The notes under the pieces: model-generated
The model's input: the letters and a program-made list of their open reading frames with translations, nothing else
Told to the model about the DNA's origin: nothing
Database searches by the model: none
Translations under genes and position numbers: made by a program
Shown: positions 25,959 through 34,249 of the stretch, piece by piece
Layout of the letters: the number at the start of each line of letters is the position of its first letter
How positions within the stretch are numbered: the first letter of the stretch is position 1
From: Minisyncoccota bacterium
Lineage (GTDB): Bacteria; Patescibacteriota; Minisyncoccia; Phycocordibacterales; GCA-2747955
Assembly (NCBI GenBank): GCA_937958705.1
Contig: CALGNJ010000038.1
Location: 1-34,249 of the forward strand
Reading direction: 5' to 3'
Length of the DNA: 34,249 nt

Positions 25959-26068
25959 ATGTGGATCTGTGATAATTTTATTAGTTATTTTCTAACCAGG
26001 CAAGCCTGGACCGCTATAGTCTTAATTGCAGGTGTCCTGCCATTAGACGATCCGGTAGTGTGGATCTG
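25930..26068 (-). repeat. 40-nt direct repeat (39/40): tRNA-Gln 5' flank plus tRNA positions 1-29
   Basis: The copies lie at 25930-25969 and 26029-26068. On the minus strand each reads CAGATCCACA(T/C)TACCGGATCGTCTAATGGCAGGACACCTG. Confidence 0.9.
26004..26057 (-). pseudogene. Truncated tRNA-Gln copy: 5' two-thirds, altered anticodon loop, no T arm
   Basis: It is identical to tRNA-Gln through CCTG. A 16-nt stretch CAATTAAGACTATAGC then replaces GTTTT, GGTCCAGGC is shared again, and the sequence diverges into the hairpin CCAGG-CTTG-CCTGG. Confidence 0.6.
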
Positions 26069-26119
26069 ATGTGCGATAAGATGTTGTTCAAGAATCGGCA
26101 CGGTTTTAAATCAAGGCCG

Positions 26120-26264
26120 CGGGTGATTCGAAATCGGGATCAAGTCTCTAAACTCACTTCGTTCGTTAAGAGCTTCCTCCCCGGGCTCACCTAGTCACTT
26201 CGTGACTTATGGCTCCGCCTTTCGATTCTCTACACAAGCAAAGCAGTTTGCTTGCTCATCACCC
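26120..26264 (-). ncRNA. Module A: unclassified 145-nt structured element 3' of tRNA-Trp
   Basis: The 5' arm is the exact reverse complement of tRNA-Trp nt 54-72, interrupted by a 25-nt hairpin insert. The 3' end is ATCACCCG. The core is homologous to module B. See findings. Confidence 0.45.
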
Positions 26265-26266
26265 TT

Positions 26267-26286
26267 GAAAACGCGTATGCGTTTTC
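26267..26286 (-). terminator. Hairpin directly after tRNA-Trp
   Basis: GAAAACGC, loop GTAT (ATAC on the minus strand), GCGTTTTC. Confidence 0.55.
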
Positions 26287-26288
26287 TG

Positions 26289-26359
26289 CGGGTGATGAGA
26301 GAATCGAACTCCCGACGGCGGTTTTGGAGACCGCAGTTATACCACTTAACTAATCACCC
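26289..26359 (-). tRNA. tRNA-Trp (anticodon CCA)
   Basis: The 71-nt cloverleaf folds by hand: GGGUGAU acceptor, anticodon arm GCGGU-CUCCAAA-ACCGC, T arm GGGAG-UUCGAUU-CUCUC. Discriminator G, no encoded CCA. Confidence 0.9.
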
Positions 26360-26436
26360 AATGGCTGACATTATAACTGATATTAGTTATAAGTGCACCA
26401 TTTTTACTAACAAAGAGCGCGCCGGGGCGCGTGTCT

Positions 26437-26592
26437 TTATTTTTTAGTCTCTTTGTACGTTACGTGTTTTCGTGCAATAGGATCAAACTTCTTAAACGAT
26501 AGTTTATTTTCTACTGACTTTTTGTTACGTCGTGTGTACCGGATGTGTCCAGTCTCTTCTGACTTAACTTTTACAAGATGTTTCTGTGCCAT
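26437..26592 (-). CDS. rpmG: 50S ribosomal protein L33
   Basis: [51 protein letters not shown], 51 aa. The true ATG is at 26592. Confidence 0.85.
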   Translation of the reverse strand: MAQKHLVKVKSEETGHIRYTRRNKKSVENKLSFKKFDPIARKHVTYKETKK

Positions 26593-26678
26593 AATGTGAA
26601 GTATCATACTAAAAAACATACAAAAAGCAACTGTATTACTTGGTATAAAAAATCACGCTCATGCGTGATTTTTTACTT

Positions 26679-27002
26679 TTAGCAAACTTTCTTTTTTGCT
26701 TTGAAGTGTTGTGTAAGTAGGTAGTACACAGTAAGTCGCGATTTTGTTCGATCCTTCTTCATAGTCGCTGCAACCATTTCGATTGCCTCATCTGCTTTTG
26801 CTTTGCTTTTTACTCCAAGCCGTCCCATTACAAAGTTTCTTCGTACTCGTCCCACCTCTTTTGCGTCTGAGAATGCTACAAGTCGTGCATCCCTTCGCGC
26901 CAATGATCCTGCTAGACGTCGGTATAGAGCTTCCACAAGTTCCATATCCGGCTTTTTGTCATACTTCTTGATATCTTCAAGATGTTTTTTATCCATTGCC
27001 AT
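26679..27002 (-). CDS. DUF2853-family protein
   Basis: 107 aa. The C-terminal ...KSRLTVYYLLTQHFKAKK and central RRNFVMGRLGV match my recollection of the DUF2853 pattern. Confidence 0.5.
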   Translation of the reverse strand: MAMDKKHLEDIKKYDKKPDMELVEALYRRLAGSLARRDARLVAFSDAKEVGRVRRNFVMGRLGVKSKAKADEAIEMVAATMKKDRTKSRLTVYYLLTQHFKAKKKVC

Positions 27003-27069
27003 ATGTCTGTACTATTGATTTATTAATAATGAGTTTATTATACCCATAAAAGTTACAGCCATGCAATAG

Positions 27070-27657
27070 CTACATGTTATCTATTATCTCTTGAACTTCA
27101 GACCATGATGAACATATTGCATGTGTATCTCCCTGTTCAAAAATCTCACGTGAATGCAATCCAAATGTTACACCTATTGTCTTAATCCCAAACTCGTTAC
27201 CTTCGTGCACATCTCCTAAAGTGTCTGTAATAAAAATAGTCTCCTCTTTACTAAACCCATGTTTATCCGCAATAGCCCCAAACTTAATAACTTTTGATTT
27301 TGAAGCTCTGTAGCCGAGTACCTCTAAAAAATATCTTCTCACGCCGTTTCGAATTAGGTACTCTTCGATAATCAACTCATCGCTAGAAGATACAATTGCT
27401 AACTTCTTATCTTTGTTTGCTTCCAAGAAGTCTTTTGTTTCTTTGGTGGTTGAGTATCCATCGTAGTACCTTTTCATGTCAGTGAAAAAACTATCATTAT
27501 TCACCTTCTTTATCTCCTTGTCGTCATGTATATTCCCCATGAAAGCATTCCGGGTCTGTTCTCGTGAAAAACCTGAATATTTTTGATTTAAATCGTACAT
27601 TGCTTCTGTACTATCATGAATCACCCCATCAAAGTCAAAAATAATATTCTTAATCAT
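27070..27657 (-). CDS. HAD-superfamily phosphatase (phosphoglycolate phosphatase-like)
   Basis: MIKNIIFDFDGVIHDS is the DxDG motif I, and there is a later TDTLGDVHEGN motif. ATG 27657 overlaps the dnaX stop as ATGATTAA. Confidence 0.75.
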   Translation of the reverse strand: MIKNIIFDFDGVIHDSTEAMYDLNQKYSGFSREQTRNAFMGNIHDDKEIKKVNNDSFFTDMKRYYDGYSTTKETKDFLEANKDKKLAIVSSSDELIIEEYLIRNGVRRYFLEVLGYRASKSKVIKFGAIADKHGFSKEETIFITDTLGDVHEGNEFGIKTIGVTFGLHSREIFEQGDTHAICSSWSEVQEIIDNM

Positions 27658-28681
27658 TTTGTGATTCAAATAAGTTAAATAAGTATAGTTCAAACGTCGC
27701 TTCTGGATTCTGAGAAGCATCAAAAGAAGTAACCACCTTGATTAAATCTTGGAGATGTTTTGATGTAATCTTTTCCATTTTTTCATATGTCGCAACTTTG
27801 TCTACGCCTGAATCAAGAGCTAGGTGCTCTTTATGTGCTTTTGAGTACCTCACCAAAAGTACGTTGCGGACTTCCTCTAATACATTCTTCACAAAAACCT
27901 CTCTGTCTATGCTCAGGTCTTTAGTCTCATGATATACAGAGAATACCTCATCCCTATCTCGATTATTTAGCGCCTCAATAAACTTTACTACCAGATCATT
28001 ATCAGACACATTCATTATTTGTGAGACTTGTTCAAAAGATATATCTCCCTCTACGTATGCAAATACCTTTTGTAAGTGAGACAACGTGTCTCTAAAGGAT
28101 CCATCTCCCAAAGACGCAATAAATTGGGCTGACTCTGCATCAATCTTTCTTTCTTCCAGGCCACATACCTTCTCCACTAGCTCTACCAATAGTGCGCTAT
28201 CTGGTCTATTAAAATCAAAAACCTGACACCTGGAGATAATAGTGTCTAAAATCTTGTGTTTTTCTGTTGTCGCAAGGATAAACAGCACGTGGGATGGTGG
28301 TTCCTCAAGTGTCTTTAACAGAGCGTTAAATGCCTCCTTGGTGAGCATATGCACCTCATCAATGATATACACCTTATAATCTGAATTAAAAGGTCGTGTG
28401 TCGACACCAGCACGTAGTTCGCGTATCTCACCAATACCTCGATTAGATGCTGCGTCGATTTCATAGATATCCTGATCTGATGTTCCAAGCTCTTTTGCAA
28501 AGATACGAGCAATAGACGTCTTCCCTGTTCCTCTCGTTCCTGAAAATAAGTATGAGTGCGAAATTGACCCCTGCTTAATTGAGTTCTGCAACACAGAGAT
28601 AACTTCGTCTTGTCCTAAGATGTCTTTAAATTTTTGTGGACGATATTTTCTATACAGTGTTTCTGAAATTACTTGTGTCAT
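27650..28681 (-). CDS. dnaX: DNA polymerase III gamma/tau subunit, short form (343 aa)
   Basis: Walker A GTRGTGKTS, DEVHML and the sensor region are present. There is no tau-specific C-terminal domain. Confidence 0.85.
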   Translation of the reverse strand: MTQVISETLYRKYRPQKFKDILGQDEVISVLQNSIKQGSISHSYLFSGTRGTGKTSIARIFAKELGTSDQDIYEIDAASNRGIGEIRELRAGVDTRPFNSDYKVYIIDEVHMLTKEAFNALLKTLEEPPSHVLFILATTEKHKILDTIISRCQVFDFNRPDSALLVELVEKVCGLEERKIDAESAQFIASLGDGSFRDTLSHLQKVFAYVEGDISFEQVSQIMNVSDNDLVVKFIEALNNRDRDEVFSVYHETKDLSIDREVFVKNVLEEVRNVLLVRYSKAHKEHLALDSGVDKVATYEKMEKITSKHLQDLIKVVTSFDASQNPEATFELYLFNLFESQND

Positions 28682-29021
28682 ATTGTTTTCATTATAACAA
28701 AGAGAGCTGGTCTTAACCCAAAATACTAATCAGTAGCACACCGACAACAACAAAAAAACCGAGGACCTATTTCTTTCTAAGGTTCTTCTCTTTAAAAAAC
28801 ATTCCTCTAATAGCAATGGTAATGATGATGGAAGATATTTTTATTGTTACAACATACACGACCAATACATTTAAGATTGCAATCATCTGAATTATCAACT
28901 GGAATACAGCAAAGTCATAACTACTGAAAAGAAAACAGTCACTGCGAATGCAGAATTATCAACATTATCAAAAGACCACAGGAACATGAGGAGCAGATAC
29001 GCAAGAGGGATAGAACCGATA

Positions 29022-29050
29022 TAAAAAACAATACATGATGTATTGTTTTT
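29022..29050 (-). terminator. Terminator after the Gly-rich gene
   Basis: AAAAAACAATAC, loop ATGAT, GTATTGTTTTTT. Confidence 0.7.
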
Positions 29051-29053
29051 TGC

Positions 29054-29085
29054 TATATATATATATGTGTGTGTGTGCTCTCTCT
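29054..29085. repeat. Compound dinucleotide microsatellite (TA)6-(GT)5-(CT)4
   Basis: TATATATATATATGTGTGTGTGTGCTCTCTCT, read directly between the gene stop (29095-29097) and its terminator. Confidence 0.95.
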
Positions 29086-29094
29086 AAAATGAAA

Positions 29095-30540
29095 TTATTG
29101 AACGATATATGCGGAACGTGTTGGGTGAGTATATGTTGGTGCAGCATTAGGAACTGGGAATACTGACCCGTAGTTATCTCCTTGTACTGTACCTGCAATG
29201 TCCATAAATCCAGCTCCAATCATCATAAGGTCTCTACTCGATGCACCTCTTGCACTGATCTCGAGTGCCTTCACAACCGCACCTCCGTCTCCACGAATAC
29301 CAAATACCCCTCCTTTAACTTGCGCGCGCTTTGCATCAATCATTACCATTCCACTTGCTTGGATATTTGTCCTCCCAGCATCAAATGCAAATGTCTCCCA
29401 CGCACTCGTATATCCGTCGTTTGTTTGGTAAATATTGATAAGTCCATTGTATCCAAAAGAAGATCTGTCTATACATATGCTACACCACCATTTTTACTAA
29501 ATACACCAAACTTCGCATTACCAAATGAACCAGCGCTTTCCATGTAGAGCATCCCTCCTCCATATTGACTCTGGAATCCTGAACCAGCTGCACCGAGTGC
29601 AACTACTGGTCCTTCTCCGCCCTCATCAGAGAAAATAGATCCCCCATAGTGAGTTGAAACATTTGTAGAGTTTGCACCTAGGAAGTACATATTATCTAAA
29701 TAAATATTTGCTCCATCTCCAGTAATTCGACCTCCATCTCCAGTAATTAAACCATACTTACCATTACCTTTGTTAATAAAAACAAGTCGTGAATAAATAC
29801 CTCCATTCTTACCTTTTAATTGAATACCGTTACCATTTTTGTATTCAATAATAGTCGCGTATCGTTGTCGCAGTAGTGCTTCATTTGCGGCTAAGTCACT
29901 CGCACGAGATGCTGCGTCACTCCCTGTAGCTAGAATATCAACAGAAGAGATTTCGTTACCGTCTTCATCAACTAGCTGCCCCTCAGCAGTATATCGAGGA
30001 ATAGTTGGTACTGGACCAATCATTGGTGCACCTATTGTGATGATAGTTCCATTGTGGCCATCAATACCTTCAATTCTTTGATTCTTTTGACCATCGAACA
30101 CAAATACGCCTGGTGTGAATTGTCTAGTAATAATTACACCGTCATCAGAAGATCCTCGTGCTAACACATCTTGAATACGCATGAACTCATCGACTGAATC
30201 AATAGTGAACGTTAAGTCTTTGTCGATGTGATACAGCTCTTGTGGCGCACGCACTTCCCACTTTCCTGTATTCGCGTTATATCTCTCAAAGACTGTATCA
30301 ATTTCATTAAAGCGAATCTCAAACATCTTGGGTGCAACCTGTGAAGCTGCAACAGTGGCATAATCGGGAACAGAAATAGTTGTAAGTTTTGTATTTATGA
30401 TTTGGTTTAGTGTCGCATTACTACTGGTATCAGATGTCTGTGCATATGCAAAAAAAAGCAGAGAACAAAATCCCTACTATCACATACGTAATTATATTAA
30501 AAATAGAGTATTCTAGAAATTTAACGGAAGATTTTTTCAT
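29095..30540 (-). pseudogene. Secreted Gly-rich repeat protein (about 480 codons) interrupted by two frameshifts
   Basis: ATG 30540 encodes a signal peptide, MKKSSVKFLEYSIFNIITYVIVGILFSAFF. The frame is lost at the A8/T8 tract (30450-30457), just before the AYA-Q cleavage motif. The 285-aa ORF (29469-30326) is open upstream to that point. A third frame is open from about 29490 to 29095 with no start codon until 29349. Confidence 0.6.
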
Positions 30541-30643
30541 AAAATATTTATTATTATTTTTGCATTATAACAAATATTTAAGTTATCTTAGAACAGTTTA
30601 TAAACTGCTTGTCAACCATCCTGTACATTCTTTGTTTACTGTC

Positions 30644-32434
30644 TTAGATTTTAGAACCTGCTCTTTTCCGAGCAGACTCTGTCAGGTGGGCTTTTCTAAG
30701 TCTCACCTCGTTTGGAGTGACTTCGATATATTCGTCTGACCTCATCATTCCAAGAGCCTTTTCTAGAGTAACTTCCATAGGTGGCGTAAGCTTTACCGTT
30801 CCGTCAGATCCAGATGCACGCATGTTGGTCAGCTGCTTACCTTTGGTGGGGTTAACCACCATGTCTTCTCCTTTTGCGGTATTTCCCACAACCATACCTT
30901 CATAGACCTCTTGGTTTTGTGAAATGTATAGTGTCCCGCGCTCCTGCATGTTTGCAATTGAAAACCCAAGTGCCTTACCTGTTGCCATAGCAATCATTGA
31001 TCCTCGCTCAGTCTTTTGAATTTCCCCTGCAAAAGGCCGGAACCCAATCACAAGTGTGGTTAAAATTCCCTCCCCCTTAGTATCAACAATGAATTCATTT
31101 CGATATCCGAGTAATCCTCTAGTTGGCATCTCGAATGTCATTTTGGTTTGAGAACCATCTTGCTCCATATTCACCATGATTCCTTTTCGTTTTCCAAGCT
31201 TTTCAATTACATTTCCTGAGAATTCTCCAGGCACTAGAATAGTCACCTCTTCAAACGGCTCTTGTTTAACACCATCAATTTCTTTAACGATAACTTCTGG
31301 TTGAGATACGGCTAGTTCAAATCCTTCTCGACGCATGTTCTCGATTAGAACAGCAAGATGCATTTCTCCACGTCCAAATACTTGATATCTTGAATCATCT
31401 GAGAAATCCACCTGTAGACCTACGTTGATCTCTAGCTCTTTTTCAAGTCGTTCACGAATCTGCCGAGATGTTAAAAATTTACCAACCTTTCCTGCAAACG
31501 GTGAATCGTTTACAAACATAAATAGTCCAATAGTTGGCTCATCAACTGAAATAGCTGGCAGAGCCTCTGTCTCTTCATCAAGAACAATCGTCTCTCCAAT
31601 AAAGATCTCTGGAATACCCGCAATCATCACAATGTCTCCAGCTGTTGCTTCTGAGACCTCTTCTTTTGCCATCCCCTTGAATGAGAATAGTTTTGTTAAC
31701 TTACCTTTGTAGACTTTACCTTCAGCATCTTTTACCATTACTGATGCATTTGCTGGTAGTGTTCCTTCGTATACACGACACACACCCATTCTTCCTAGGA
31801 AGTTATCATATGCAAGGTTAAACACCTGTGCCTTGAGGGGTTGCGATTTAAGGTCGTCTCCAGATGCAGGAGCTACTTTCTCTAGTACTAAATCAAGAAG
31901 TGGTGTTAGGTCCGCAGACTCATCAGTCATTTCTTTTTTAGCAATACCGTCTCGTCCAATTGCGTATACGGTCTCGAAGTCCAATTGTTCTTCTGTTGCA
32001 CCCAGATCCATAAATAGTTCGTATACCTCGTCGTGTGCTTTTTCAACATCTGCCGCTGGTTTATCAATCTTGTTCAAAACAAGAATAGGCCTTAATCCAA
32101 GCTCTAGTGACTTTTTAAGTACAAACTTAGTTTGTGGCATTGGCCCCTCTGCCGCATCCACCACAAGCAACACTGAATCAATTGAACGCAATACTCGCTC
32201 AACCTCTGATCCAAAGTCAGCATGGCCTGGTGTATCAAGAATATTAATCTTTGTATCTTTATATAAACAAGACGTATTCTTTGCGTAGATGGTGATTCCT
32301 CGCTCTTTTTCAAGATCATTCGAGTCCATTGATGCACCCTCTTCGGTCATCCCTGTTTGTTTTAAAATTTCATCTGTAAGTGTTGTCTTTCCGTGATCAA
32401 CGTGGGCAATAATTGCGATGTTTCTGATTTGCAT
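30644..32434 (-). CDS. typA: Translational GTPase TypA/BipA
   Basis: 596 aa with MQIRNIAIIAHVDHGKTTLTD, DTPGHADF, NKID and a BipA-specific C-terminal domain. Confidence 0.93.
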   Translation of the reverse strand: MQIRNIAIIAHVDHGKTTLTDEILKQTGMTEEGASMDSNDLEKERGITIYAKNTSCLYKDTKINILDTPGHADFGSEVERVLRSIDSVLLVVDAAEGPMPQTKFVLKKSLELGLRPILVLNKIDKPAADVEKAHDEVYELFMDLGATEEQLDFETVYAIGRDGIAKKEMTDESADLTPLLDLVLEKVAPASGDDLKSQPLKAQVFNLAYDNFLGRMGVCRVYEGTLPANASVMVKDAEGKVYKGKLTKLFSFKGMAKEEVSEATAGDIVMIAGIPEIFIGETIVLDEETEALPAISVDEPTIGLFMFVNDSPFAGKVGKFLTSRQIRERLEKELEINVGLQVDFSDDSRYQVFGRGEMHLAVLIENMRREGFELAVSQPEVIVKEIDGVKQEPFEEVTILVPGEFSGNVIEKLGKRKGIMVNMEQDGSQTKMTFEMPTRGLLGYRNEFIVDTKGEGILTTLVIGFRPFAGEIQKTERGSMIAMATGKALGFSIANMQERGTLYISQNQEVYEGMVVGNTAKGEDMVVNPTKGKQLTNMRASGSDGTVKLTPPMEVTLEKALGMMRSDEYIEVTPNEVRLRKAHLTESARKRAGSKI

Positions 32435-32506
32435 AGTCGCGGTATTATAACAGAATATTGACTAATAGATAGAAGTTTCGTGTGTATTCCTTTTTTTTGA
32501 GGCAAG

Positions 32507-32535
32507 AAAAAAACACCGTCGTAAGGTGTCTTTTT
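32507..32535 (-). terminator. Terminator about 210 nt downstream of the 16S 3' end
   Basis: On the minus strand: AAAAAGACACC, loop TTACGAC, GGTGTTTTTTT. The G-U pair forms only on the minus strand. Confidence 0.65.
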
Positions 32536-32743
32536 CTTATTTTATTGTTTTTTGAAAACATAATGAAATATGTAAGTAGAAAATATATCTATGTACTTTC
32601 TTTTGTCCCATCCAGAGGTCTGACGCACGTGACCAAAAGCGAATGTGTTTAGGATGTTCACATTATCATCATCCTCTATAGAGAGAATATCGACTCATTT
32701 AACTATATGCACAAAGAATAATCTGAATACATATAACTTCAAT

Positions 32744-34236
<1,493 letters not shown>

Positions 34237-34249
34237 AATCCTACTCAAA

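Noticed and set aside
25930-26068. Possible CRISPR repeat (two 40-nt direct repeats about 60 nt apart)
   Set aside because: There are only two copies. The repeat is the 5' part of tRNA-Gln plus its flank, the spacer carries the tRNA promoter, and no cas genes are present.
26146-26172. The conserved hairpin of module A as an integron attC-like site (…TTAAC / GTTT…)
   Set aside because: The core does not fit RYYYAAC/GTTRRRY. Module B lacks AAC/GTT at the equivalent positions, and no integron integrase is nearby.
25878-26447. Plus-strand ORFs of 63 and 81 aa across the tRNA locus
   Set aside because: They are read-throughs of the reverse complements of tRNA genes and of modules A and B. The internal peptide repeat GVLPLDDPV simply reflects the 40-nt tRNA-Gln duplication.
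28767-28886. 39-codon hydrophobic ORF (MIAILNVLVVYVVTIKISSIIITIAIRGMFFKEKNLRKK) upstream of dnaX
   Set aside because: It might be a real small membrane peptide. It has no convincing promoter or start context, it is AT-rich sequence that easily yields I/L/V/K codons, and it cannot be supported from sequence alone.
29095-30326. The Gly-rich gene as a diversity-generating retroelement target
   Set aside because: There is no reverse transcriptase in the window, no template repeat matching the gene's 3' end, and no adenine-specific mismatch pattern to compare.

Overview
This is an AT-rich, tightly packed bacterial chromosome segment, transcribed almost entirely from the minus strand. Recognisable genes are RNase J, Dus, an FtsQ-like protein, SerS, MscS, DprA, PBP2, EF-G, S7, S12, GatB, LexA plus a Y-family polymerase, an RlmB-like methyltransferase, L33, DnaX and TypA/BipA. 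RNA genes are tRNA-Trp(CCA), tRNA-Gln(UUG) and a complete 16S rRNA at the right edge with no 23S gene after it. Small genes, an unlinked 16S, substitutions in universal 16S primer sites and many membrane-anchored acidic orphans suggest a reduced CPR/Patescibacteria-like organism; this is inference only.

Main observations:
1. Two paralogous modules of about 120 nt sit just 3' of tRNA-Trp and tRNA-Gln. Each has a conserved core between an antisense and a sense copy of the neighbouring tRNA's own 3' half, and a truncated tRNA-Gln copy lies nearby. I cannot assign them to any known RNA or mobile-element family.
2. The 16S 3' tail lacks the CCUCC anti-Shine-Dalgarno. Gene starts lack SD motifs, and at least nine genes have a -10 box 6-9 nt before the start codon, which looks leaderless.
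3. None of the 32 accepted stop codons is TGA, yet there is no sign that TGA is a sense codon.
4. A secreted Gly-rich gene is split by two frameshifts, one at an A8 tract.
5. Other notable genes are an iGluR/GluR0-like channel with a non-canonical pore, a cupredoxin, a peptidoglycan-binding protein with 92-aa acidic repeats, and a G+C-rich orphan among Nudix and NDT-like genes next to the tRNA locus.

I saw no CRISPR array, transposase, integrase or reverse transcriptase.
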